From Trichomonas gallinae (lineage: Eukaryota): a DNA stretch of 33,562 nt. The DNA lies in NCBI GenBank assembly GCA_008369845.1, contig MRSU01001471.1:1-33562 (forward strand), in the 5' to 3' direction. The notes beneath the pieces were generated by a model. It did not search any database. It saw only the letters and a program-made list of their open reading frames with translations, and was not told the origin of the DNA. Position numbers and translations under genes: made by a program. Shown here in pieces: positions 1-9,905 of the stretch (position 1 is the stretch's first letter; each line of letters starts with the position of its first letter).

Positions 1-606
1 ATTTCTGTGCTCCAAAAAGACTTCAGTTCTAGGACCGCTATGATTTTAACGTCATTTCTATCGTCATTGGTACACCTCTGCGGTATTCTTAGGTTAACCT
101 AGCGATACATGAATAAACAGCAATCATATTATGCATAACGAAGCAATCATCACACCTAATCATAATTATTTTGACTAACATGTGAATACGTTTACATGAC
201 AAAATTAAGAAAAGTGACATATTTGATCTGACAAGTATAATTCACATCATTTATATTAATACAACTAAATCAACTTCTTGAAAATGGGGGAAAAAAAAAA
301 ACTTAAAATAAGGCATCCTTCGGGTAATCAATGAGGTGGCTATAACCCAACATCCTTAATATAAGCTTATGTCATTCGAAAATCAGTTAGATTTCTAAAA
401 ATCTTCATATCCTACGGTTTTGGTAAATTTTGATAAACTTTGTTATCCGAGCATATATGTGCTGTCATATGTATAATTCAACAGAGCACTGAACAAAATA
501 AAATATTTTTATTTCGAAAATGTATAAAAGAAAAATGGTTAACATAAAATGTATATGATCTCAAAAACGATATTATTAATTAAAAACAAAAACGGAAGAA
601 CAAATT

Positions 607-3600
607 TTAATATCTGGATTTGTTAGGTGCAAATTGCCTAGCTAAATCATTTGAATGCTTGATAATTTCCTTTATTGAAGTAAATCGTAGCTTATTCTGC
701 AGTTCTGGATCAAATTTTGATATTCCTGCGATAGATCTGAAGATTTGCTTAACGCTTTTAGAAGCATCCGCTGAAGCACTTGTCATGCCATATAGGAATG
801 GTGACAGTAATTGTCCCATTGCTTCAGCATTGATTCCAAGATTATTTCCAATGAAATTTGCGTAATTGTCAAGCGACTTTCTATTATGGTACAGGAAATA
901 CTTCAAACAAAGGATTGCTACGTATTCATCTGTAGCAAATTTGAAAATTCCTGTTGTTATTAATCTGATTACTTCTAAAAATGTGAATTGTCCAAAACTA
1001 AGCGAGTTTGGCTCTTCGCTAATAGGCTGTGTATATACCTCATCACGAAATGCAGCACTTTGGCTTTCAATATTTTTGAGAATTTGGCTTAAGACTTTAT
1101 GAGCTGTCTTTGAAATAACAATTTCGTTGTAATCGCATAAACGAATTACTTGATCAGTTATTACTATCCTAACAAGCTCCTTTTGCTTGAGATTTAATGC
1201 ATAATATTCAACAATATAAGGAAGACCTAAGAGAAGCTGTTCACAACACTTGTCGGGATACTCTTGGATGAGATAGAAATTAATGACTTTGTTTCTGCTT
1301 TCTTCGACAAGTTCTTGATAAAATGTTTTATATTTCTTCATAGTTTCATTAATAACCTCGAAGAACGTTGGAGTAAACAGATATGTAGGAGCACCAGAGT
1401 ATGCATCAATTAAACCGGCAATTGCAGCAGGATATTCAACATTTGAATTTTCAATGCAGAAATTATAAGTTTTCAACAAGCTTTCGATTGTCATTCTACA
1501 TAAATTAGCCTCCATGGAATTGAACGCGCTTAAATTCAAGTTTTGACTCTTTAAATAACGATCAAAAGTAATTAGCATGCTAGTGATGCAAGAAATGACC
1601 GATTGGCCGACAATAGACATAGGAACTAACTTGACGAAAGATGATTCAGAAAGCGGTTTTGTTGACATTAAATTTAATAACGGAACTAATTCGTTTACAC
1701 GACAACACTCAATGAATGTTTGAGGATTGGCCGGATTTAATGATTCTAATGCAGTGTGCAAGTATGTGAAAACAATATTAACGAGCTGATCTGAAATTAT
1801 GATTCTTTTTTCCATCAAATTGGGATTTGTGCCCTCAGCTATATGGCATATCATCTTTGGAATCTTAGAATAGAACGTAATAAGTGATTTAAAGCTATTT
1901 GGCGGTAAAATATGGACAATTCTTTCTAAATGAGGATACAAGTAGTCAATTATTGGTATTTCAGTTGTTTCATCACCTTGTAAGTAGACTCGGATAATAT
2001 TTCTCTCGGAATTATCATCAAAATCGAAATTCAAAAATTCTTGAAGCGAAGCCATTGCAATTTGAATGAGTTCGTTATTTCCAGAGTCTAGATAATACTC
2101 GAAGTAAATCTTATATATCTCTAATATCAAATTTGGCATATGAACATTTATGAGTCTTCTTGATTCAGCGAAAAATGCTAATGTTTCTATCTGCATGTCT
2201 AAAACTTGTGGATTCTCGGTGTTTGGAACCTTAACATTTTCAAAAAGATATTCGAAAACTTCATGATAGAATTTTTTGACTTCTGCATATAAACTATCCT
2301 GTGGATCCTTTAGAAGGTCCAAAAGTCTTGGAATGCAATATGCAGAAAGGAAGCAAAATGAATGAAATGCCTTAGATGGATTTTCACAGCCATTTTGAAC
2401 ATCTGAGTATAACTTACTTATTATTTCCATAATAACTAAGCGTGGACCTTCATCAGCAAATTCTTGCTGTTCTTCTTGCGCTTGTTTCTTAATAATTTGT
2501 TTAATATAGTCATCTGAGTAGACAATGACATCGGCAATAGCTTCTAGAAGTACTTTATGCTTATAGTGAATCGAATTTTCATCAAATTTATCATATACTA
2601 TTTCTGAATTTAATACAGTAGTGAATGGAGGGTAAATGGCATTACTAACACTTTCTATTATAACGCAAATATATTTGTGTAAAGAAAGTAGGAGCGTATG
2701 ACTGTTATTTCTCAGTCCGACTGAAATTAATAATTCTCTTATAAAGAAATCAAGGCATTTGATGTAATTGGTTTGATTTTCCTTGTTTCCTACTAGATTT
2801 TCAGAGTAATATGACATTAAATTAACGATATTTTCAATTGCAAATTCGATTAATGGTACTTGTTCCATTACACACTTTGAAATATCATAGTTTGGATCTT
2901 GCTCGAAAATAGAAGGTATTAAATCTAAGAAAATTGCAAGAAAATCTTCATCTTTCATAATCATTTCGGTATTAAGTGAAAGTGATTGAAGAAAACCTAG
3001 TAAATAGTGTATATTGAGCTCTGGTGGCGTTATACCGATCTCAAAAAACGTAAATATGCAATGAGCAAATATTGGAACACTGTGCTGAGGGATATTTTCA
3101 AGAAATACTCTCATATACTGAATATTGTAATCTAAATCAATAAGTCTTGCTGAATTTATAAAGAAACGAAACATTTCATTAAATAAAGGAGCGGTTTCTT
3201 CGCTGTAATTTAGATTAAAAACCCAATTTATTGTTCCATTTAGTTTGTCTGTATATTGCCTGAGCGCTCTTAATTGAAAATTATTATGTATATCTCGAAC
3301 TTCTTTGTCTTGTAGGTTTGCGTATATAAGTTCTGATACTATTGCTAACAGTGAAAATGAATTTCTTATTTTTAATGCGAATTGTTCATCTGGTTCGTAG
3401 GAAAATATAAAATTCAGAAAATCCCATGATTCAGGCCATTCAATCATTGCGATATAGGTTAATATTGTATTACACAGTTCTAAAGTTGAGTATCCAAGAT
3501 TTAAATTCGAATTTATAAAATTGCATAATGTTATTTTGAAATCTATTGATGATTGTTTATCAGATATCCATTCATTCTCGATGTTAGCTTTTACTACTTG

Positions 3601-3777
3601 TAGTAATATTCGTAAAGATTGTGTATCTAGTTGTTCATTAAGTAAAATAACAGCAATTTGAAGGCAATTCTCATTATTTACTAGGTTCTGTATGAATTGC
3701 AAAGATTGATCCATTTCAATTTGCTCGATATACTTTTTGCAGAGCTCATTCCATTGACTTCCAGTAATTGATTTCAT
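607..3777 (-). CDS. Divergent exportin-1/CRM1-like karyopherin (importin-beta superfamily, HEAT repeats), 1056 aa
   Basis: Long intronless helical ORF of CRM1-like size. LQVVKANIENEW resembles the IBN_N segment of CRM1 (LQILENVIKTRW), IAMIEWPESWDFL matches the Xpo1 'EWPxxWxxF' motif, and FLEVIRLITTGIFK resembles the CRM1 C-terminal region. ATG at 3777 follows TCATAA (3797-3792); the stop is TAAA. Confidence 0.75.
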   Translation of the reverse strand: MKSITGSQWNELCKKYIEQIEMDQSLQFIQNLVNNENCLQIAVILLNEQLDTQSLRILLQVVKANIENEWISDKQSSIDFKITLCNFINSNLNLGYSTLELCNTILTYIAMIEWPESWDFLNFIFSYEPDEQFALKIRNSFSLLAIVSELIYANLQDKEVRDIHNNFQLRALRQYTDKLNGTINWVFNLNYSEETAPLFNEMFRFFINSARLIDLDYNIQYMRVFLENIPQHSVPIFAHCIFTFFEIGITPPELNIHYLLGFLQSLSLNTEMIMKDEDFLAIFLDLIPSIFEQDPNYDISKCVMEQVPLIEFAIENIVNLMSYYSENLVGNKENQTNYIKCLDFFIRELLISVGLRNNSHTLLLSLHKYICVIIESVSNAIYPPFTTVLNSEIVYDKFDENSIHYKHKVLLEAIADVIVYSDDYIKQIIKKQAQEEQQEFADEGPRLVIMEIISKLYSDVQNGCENPSKAFHSFCFLSAYCIPRLLDLLKDPQDSLYAEVKKFYHEVFEYLFENVKVPNTENPQVLDMQIETLAFFAESRRLINVHMPNLILEIYKIYFEYYLDSGNNELIQIAMASLQEFLNFDFDDNSERNIIRVYLQGDETTEIPIIDYLYPHLERIVHILPPNSFKSLITFYSKIPKMICHIAEGTNPNLMEKRIIISDQLVNIVFTYLHTALESLNPANPQTFIECCRVNELVPLLNLMSTKPLSESSFVKLVPMSIVGQSVISCITSMLITFDRYLKSQNLNLSAFNSMEANLCRMTIESLLKTYNFCIENSNVEYPAAIAGLIDAYSGAPTYLFTPTFFEVINETMKKYKTFYQELVEESRNKVINFYLIQEYPDKCCEQLLLGLPYIVEYYALNLKQKELVRIVITDQVIRLCDYNEIVISKTAHKVLSQILKNIESQSAAFRDEVYTQPISEEPNSLSFGQFTFLEVIRLITTGIFKFATDEYVAILCLKYFLYHNRKSLDNYANFIGNNLGINAEAMGQLLSPFLYGMTSASADASKSVKQIFRSIAGISKFDPELQNKLRFTSIKEIIKHSNDLARQFAPNKSRY

Positions 3778-4144
3778 TTGTTTTGATTATATTATGAATT
3801 CTAGTTATTATAAATATACATTTAAAGTGGTGCTTTATTATTCCCATGATATGTATATATGCTATCAGTCAAATAATTTTTATTTAACAAAATTTAAGAC
3901 CAAAAATGAAGAAAACAATGATATTCTTCATGAGTAAATCCTAGAATAGCTATATGCAAGCACGAAGATCCACTGCAATTTGTTATTATTTTTTCAGAAT
4001 ATTATTTAGATTTTCAGTCCAAATTCGGTAAAATTATTCATTTCTAACTATTCTATTAATAATATTTACGCAAATTGATGATTAAAGGCGCGAATTCATC
4101 ATGGCCTATTCAATAAAGGTTAAAAACAATCTAGGACAGGAGTA

Positions 4145-4708
4145 CTAAAAAGAGTACTTGTCGAAAATGGTGGCATCTGATTCATCGAAGAGGTTATCGA
4201 TGCAGAGATGTGAAACTAATGATTCCATGCGATGCTCATCAATAAAATCATAATATACCATCATGTCATCGTTTGGAAGAGCGAATGACATCTGGTCAAA
4301 GTCAGGAATGTCAATAGAAAGGGTCTTTTGCGTCTTTGGAGGCTGATATGGAACTGGCTGTGGTCTTTTTGCGGCTGCTTTTCTATTCTTGGATGGTTTC
4401 ATGTTTAATGGGGTCCACTCACTCGGATTATACTTGCCATCGATGAGACCATAGAATGTTGATCTTTTGTCCACTCCTGGTATGGGTTGAAGGCTCTTAT
4501 ACTTAACAATACAGTTATCTTGTGTTACAGATAGGATGATGCGGACATAGTCAGAGCATTTCGCACTTATAAGATCGGCCAAAGTCTTATCGTTCTCGCG
4601 AATCCAGGTCTCGATCTCGTGAGAAGCCAGAGGCCTCTGCTTCATCTTTATGAGCTCGACTGCTGTTGTTCTGAGCTTCGTAGACGTCTGATTAGGATCA
4701 CCATTCAT
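4145..4708 (-). CDS. Hypothetical 187-aa protein; probable N-terminal DNA-binding (winged-helix-like) domain, basic linker and acidic-aromatic tail
   Basis: Clean ATG-TAG ORF with higher GC than the flanks. N-terminus LRTTAVELIKMKQRPLASHEIETWIRE has a helix-'PL'-helix pattern, followed by basic KPSKNRKAAAKRP and a D/E/F-rich C-terminus. Confidence 0.8.
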   Translation of the reverse strand: MNGDPNQTSTKLRTTAVELIKMKQRPLASHEIETWIRENDKTLADLISAKCSDYVRIILSVTQDNCIVKYKSLQPIPGVDKRSTFYGLIDGKYNPSEWTPLNMKPSKNRKAAAKRPQPVPYQPPKTQKTLSIDIPDFDQMSFALPNDDMMVYYDFIDEHRMESLVSHLCIDNLFDESDATIFDKYSF

Positions 4709-5249
4709 GTTTCCAAGAAAACTATGTAAAAAACTGCCTGACAGTTCACTTTACTCTGAATTTCTTAAATCAGTTATTTGCATCTATTGACTGCTATTAT
4801 GCTATATTGCGTGTTTTATTAATTGAAGGCGTTTTAATCGTCACATTTCTGGATTCATTTTTAGATACAATCTTGATGCCTGTGTGAAATATATCCAAGT
4901 CAAGTATAACGTATTCATTAAACAAAATTGAATTGATAACGATTACAATTTTAAGCTCTCAAACTTTTCTCCCTTTAAAATCAATTAACATAATCAATAT
5001 TAACTATACATAAGGCAGATAACATACGATTATTTTAAACAGAAAAATGATTTTCTCGAAATATTATTCTTTAATCATAGTTCCACCTAACCGTTTTCTG
5101 AATAAAATAAAATCTAATTCAAAACTTGTATTTTAATTTATTTTGTTTAGATTGATTTAATTTGGCTTAGGATATTGTATTTAAACGAACGATTAAATTA
5201 TTTTTTGTTACAGTAAAAAAATCATTCTCAACATTCAAAAATACGAATC

Positions 5250-5570
5250 CTCTTCCAATTTTTATCTCCTCTTCTGGAGCAACAAAACAAAATCAGTTCA
5301 TCTTTTTTTGGCTGGATCTGACAATAAGCTCCTCTCAATTTCTCTAACAGCGCCCCCTGCATTCTTTTGTTAGTCCCTATTTTTAAACCACAAAACCATC
5401 ATGAGATCTTTATTGTTTGAATCGCATGACCCTGTATCAGCGATCATTTAATGAATAAATCCGGAATCCAAACGACTCAGTCTTGCAATTTCTTATCTCA
5501 TTTTTGATTATCAATCGATTTCTGCGCATTTACACTCTGCTTTCAGATTTTTAGCCACTAATGGATTCAT
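5250..5570 (-). pseudogene. Possible decayed coding remnant
   Basis: From ATG at 5570 one frame reads MNPLVAKNLKAECKCAEID**SKMR*EIARLSRLDSGFIH*MIADTG...QKNAGGAVREIERSLLSDPAKKR*, with protein-like composition and raised GC but many stops. No family recognised. Confidence 0.25.
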
Positions 5571-6649
5571 ATTCAATGAGGTTTCGCTATCTAATTTTTG
5601 ATATTTATATTGATGATTATGCGAACAATTTTGAGCTTGTCAGATTTATAGACCAAGTAGCACACAACTTTACAATCTCAAATATGCCATTTTAAATGTC
5701 TCTAATTTTTCCTAACCTTATTGTAATTTACTACTACTGTAATCCGGATTACAAAATCGGATTACGAAAACAATATGAAATATAGACAAGTATATGCCTC
5801 TTCTTGCACTAATATCGACTTGTTTAACAAAAAAAAATTTGAAGAATTATTTGAAATTACTGACAATGGTTTAAAATATTTGATCTTGACAATGAAGATA
5901 ATCTATATCTTTCGATAATTTTGTTGTGGCACGATCATGGTCTGAATCGAAATATTTCATTGTATTTAAACTATATTAAAGTCTGACTATAGCAGTGTTA
6001 GAATATACAACTTGAATACAAGCTATGTATGTGCATTTCAGCAATTGATAAAGTTAGGAATAATAATTTGTTTTGAAAATCTATCAGAATCAATTTGTTA
6101 TACATATCACATGATACTACAATCTATGCATATTATTATTGCACAAAGAATTTTTCATAAATATTGAATGAAAATGCTATGATTAATTATCATACATCAA
6201 ACAATCGAATTGATCAGAATGAACTCAACATGTGCATCTACTGCAATCAAAGATCTAAACGAATTACTAATTTGCATCTATCATGAAAATAATATTTTTC
6301 CGATAAAATTGATGAAATGATCGAAATTCATTAACACAAAGCATATTTCATTGCCGTATACATTTAGGATATTTATCTAATTTGTCGAAAAAGCTTATTT
6401 CATATATGATAAATGATTTTGATGCTATTTTCACAAATAAATCATTTTAATTATATCATTATAAATAGAACAATTGTTTTAAAAACCAGGAAGCTACTAT
6501 ATCCTAATTTTTTTATCAAAATAATTATATTTTCGAAGAATGGTTTATTTGATTGGGTAAATTTCAAAGCTTGTGTAAAAGTGATTACATATTTATTGAA
6601 TCAAACATAAAAACAAGCAATATTATATAAAACAATAACATGATATAAA

Positions 6650-7207
6650 TTAGATAGCCATAACTTTGGCATATTTTGAGCAAACATTGACTTTTCCTTT
6701 TGGCTGATAGTTATTTGTGGTCGTGCAAATTCCAACTGAAGCCCATTGAGGAATTACACCTTGAGACATGTAAGATTCATTTTCTTTTTCAATTTGCTTA
6801 CATTCTCTTTTCTGCATTTCTATAAACTTTTTAGTAATATGTGGTGGAGAATTATCTATAATAAATCTTGGCTTTCTGTTTAATGGCGAGAATTTTGTTG
6901 CAGACCTGTGATCTATCGGTAATGTTTTGTAGTCTTTTTCTTTAGCTTTAAAATCGTCAAGATGAGATGCGTGAATATATGCGAGAGATTCCGGTAATAC
7001 TTTCGTTCCACTAATCTGAAAATTACAATGTAGATGAGGTAGACCATGTGCACGTGGATTTTGTTCATAATCATAATATTTTTGCTTTATCTTCTTCCCT
7101 GGACATGATCTACTCGTAGCAATGAAATCCTTCGACTTCTTCTCATACGATTTCAGCTTCTTAACCGTGTCTATAAATACATCATCAGAATTATCATCAT
7201 CACTCAT
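6650..7207 (-). CDS. Hypothetical basic protein, 185 aa (start revised to MSDDDNSDD)
   Basis: The ORF-track extension (7208-7396) runs through poly-T promoter-like DNA containing AAAGTGTC. The ATG at 7207 follows a T-tract and begins protein-like sequence. Confidence 0.75.
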   Translation of the reverse strand: MSDDDNSDDVFIDTVKKLKSYEKKSKDFIATSRSCPGKKIKQKYYDYEQNPRAHGLPHLHCNFQISGTKVLPESLAYIHASHLDDFKAKEKDYKTLPIDHRSATKFSPLNRKPRFIIDNSPPHITKKFIEMQKRECKQIEKENESYMSQGVIPQWASVGICTTTNNYQPKGKVNVCSKYAKVMAI

Positions 7208-8040
7208 TGAAAAAAAAAAATATTGAAAAATAACGAATTTAAAGATTTTGTCTTTATTTAGGTATTTGTTGCTAAATTTTATATTTAAAGCTTTAAATAA
7301 AATGACACTTTTGTGACAAATCTGAAAAGTGCAGCACTTTTTGCCAGCTAGATATATGAACCAAATGAGCATGTTTGAGTGGTCTTTTATCATCACATAT
7401 ATACGAATTCGATTCCTAATTTCGATCTATCTCATCACAGTTCAAGAAATGGAAATTCAAAAGGTTTCAAAAGTTCTTAAAATATGAATGCACACTCATT
7501 AATTTATAATTATATCGTTGCTGTTAATGAATCACTATCACTTAATTGATAAATCCATATTTTTCATCAATGAGAATTATATCCCAGAAAAAATCGATAT
7601 CAATTGATATTATGAATCCTTACATTTATTAATTTATTCTTCCCTTTTATTTCTTTTGTATATTCGTCACAACTGATCAACACAACAACACACTAATTAT
7701 ACAAATACTTCAATCAATTTTACTTCATTTTTCATTCCCATCAAATCTTATTTGACTTTACTGAGTCTAAAAGCTTCACTCTATCAAATTCCATCTACTG
7801 TTGCTTAATTAGATAGAGTGATAATGCAAATAATAATACCAAATATCTGCTGAAATAATGACTCGTATGTCAATATTAATATTTATTGCAGAATCTGCAG
7901 TATAAACAAACAAATAAAAGAAGAAATATTCGATATCAGTGAACAATTCAAAGTACTAACTTGCATGATAAATGTGAGTTAATCATCGAATTTTTGACAA
8001 TAAATATCATGCCTATATGAATGATTTTCAGTAAAACAAA

Positions 8041-9027
8041 TTATGGTCTCAGGTTCTTAATATGTTCCTGTAATTTTGGTAAACCATAGAAAATAATATT
8101 TGTCTGGTCATACCATTTTTGATTCCACTGATATGAACGAAATTGTATCGGTATTGTGTCAAGTACTTGGTTCCTAAATTGAACATAAGCTTTTTCAGGA
8201 ATCAACTCTTTAGAGGTATAACATCCTATTATAAAAATTCTCGATATATCATTAGTCACACTTAAACGTGCACTTATAGCGAATAACATTGTATGATCAT
8301 TGATGATAAAGTTTGATTTTTTGTAATAATAATAAGAATTACCTTTGCTGTGATCTAAAGTAACTACAAGAGTGGTAATATCTGGATCTGAAAAATAATT
8401 TTCAATGAAAATGCACATTTCGCAAGTGAAATTGTATGATATATAAAATAAGCATGGCGCAGAATTTGCCTCGAATATTGAATAGCTCATGTGTTTCATA
8501 AAAGAATTCAAAGAAATAAGATTATTTCCTTGATTATGAGTACAGTTTGTGTCATCAAAGGCTATAGCTCCATTTACGAAATCTATGATAGGATAACTCG
8601 AAAGTTTCTCACCACACGAATATATTGAAGCTTGATTTATGAAATTTTTTTGATTTTTATTATTTTTCGGAATTAGGTAAGAAGATGTGACATGGCACGA
8701 TGAATCGCTTTTTATAGAAGAGCAATTGAATACCTCAAATCGATGTTGAACGCATTCGAGATATCCTCCATTGTAAACACATTGACCGCAATTTGTGAAT
8801 TTGCAGGTTGATTGTACTACATGATAAAGCTTTCGCTTATTATTCTCTTGTATTTTAATAGATATGCTATTAATCATATCAAAGCGACATTCGTGAATAT
8901 AAAAGTTACTTTCAGCGTTAGCAAAATTAAAGCTTTGTTCATGATGCTTAATCCTCATTGCGTCTTCCTTGCCATAATATGTCTCATATATGCCACATCT
9001 GGCCAGCGAAAATGCGAAGAAGAACAT
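8041..9027 (-). CDS. Putative secreted/surface right-handed beta-helix-like protein, 328 aa
   Basis: Short hydrophobic N-terminus (MFFFAFSLARC) and repeated 'xIxxCxFxxC/N' units (FYIHECRF, STCKFTNC, SYSIFEAN, EMCIFIEN, KSNFIIN) typical of parallel beta-helix repeats. Confidence 0.7.
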   Translation of the reverse strand: MFFFAFSLARCGIYETYYGKEDAMRIKHHEQSFNFANAESNFYIHECRFDMINSISIKIQENNKRKLYHVVQSTCKFTNCGQCVYNGGYLECVQHRFEVFNCSSIKSDSSCHVTSSYLIPKNNKNQKNFINQASIYSCGEKLSSYPIIDFVNGAIAFDDTNCTHNQGNNLISLNSFMKHMSYSIFEANSAPCLFYISYNFTCEMCIFIENYFSDPDITTLVVTLDHSKGNSYYYYKKSNFIINDHTMLFAISARLSVTNDISRIFIIGCYTSKELIPEKAYVQFRNQVLDTIPIQFRSYQWNQKWYDQTNIIFYGLPKLQEHIKNLRP

Positions 9028-9905
9028 GTTCTTTTAATATATTAAATCTTTTCAGAAAATTGAAAAACTTTCTCACAAAATATTTAACGAAAAAAAAAAT
9101 CATGATTATCTTCAAAATATGTTGTTATTATTTTTATCTCAATTTTCGCGATAGTTTAAGGCGTGAACATTAGGTAGATAAGAACAAGCTAATCATTATA
9201 TTAAAATTATTTAACATTTATATCAAGTTTGTGAGAATTATCGCTTAACTCAATTTTTGTTAGAGTCGTCATAAAAAAAATTAAATCATTATGAATGGTT
9301 TTTGGATCGATTTAACATTTTACAAAAAGTGTTGTAAGGCAATCTATACAATTAGTATATCCATATTATCTTTCGATTTTAAGTTTATATAAATTCTTAT
9401 TCGACAAAACGCAGAGAAAATGTTATTTATGTATATCTAGAAGCAACATCCATGGCATTATAACTTGACTTATAAAAAATAATCTGATTCGCAATTCCGC
9501 CCCTAGAGCTGCTTCGGTTTTTTTCATAAGAAAAAAAATTCTTCAGTTCTATTTGATTAAAGCATCATCTGGCAAAATGCATTGTTTAGGTGCCCGTCCA
9601 CAAAATTTGGAAATTTATTTGTACGGCCAAATATATATAAACGTAATAATATTGCCATTCTATACTATTCTATAATTATGTCACTTTAAATCGCATTGAA
9701 TTGCTATGGATTCGTCACTTTTATTGCAACGAAAAAGATAAAACAATTTTTCATTTCTAAGACATTTGTTTGTATTATTATATCATGTCCTATTATTTAA
9801 ATTGGACTATAGTTAACTGAGTATTGATGCTGTTATGATGTAAAAGTTTCTGATTTTGAAGAAATAGTTTAAACAAAACACAAAAAAAATATTACAAAAC
9901 AAAAA

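Noticed and set aside
1..110. Minus-strand frame MYR*VNLRIPQRCTNDDRNDVKIIAVLELKSFWSTE running off the window edge, with palindrome TAGGTTAACCTA
   Set aside because: In-frame TAG at codon 4 and too little sequence to tell a gene or pseudogene from chance.
310..500. Two weak hairpins (GGGT...ACCC; GTGCT...AGCAC followed by ACA) suggesting an H/ACA snoRNA
   Set aside because: Stems are short, I found no properly placed H box, and the spacing is too long.
5355..5378. ACTAAC branch-point-like motifs on the minus strand (here and near 17300)
   Set aside because: Neither matches the fixed ACTAACACACAG spacing of trichomonad introns, and no 5' splice site joining ORFs was found.
7208..7396. N-terminal extension of the 248-aa ORF, and similar extensions at 16357-16428, 16377-16421 and 18219-18251
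   Set aside because: They begin at non-ATG codons and/or run through T-tracts and promoter motifs; downstream ATGs fit better.
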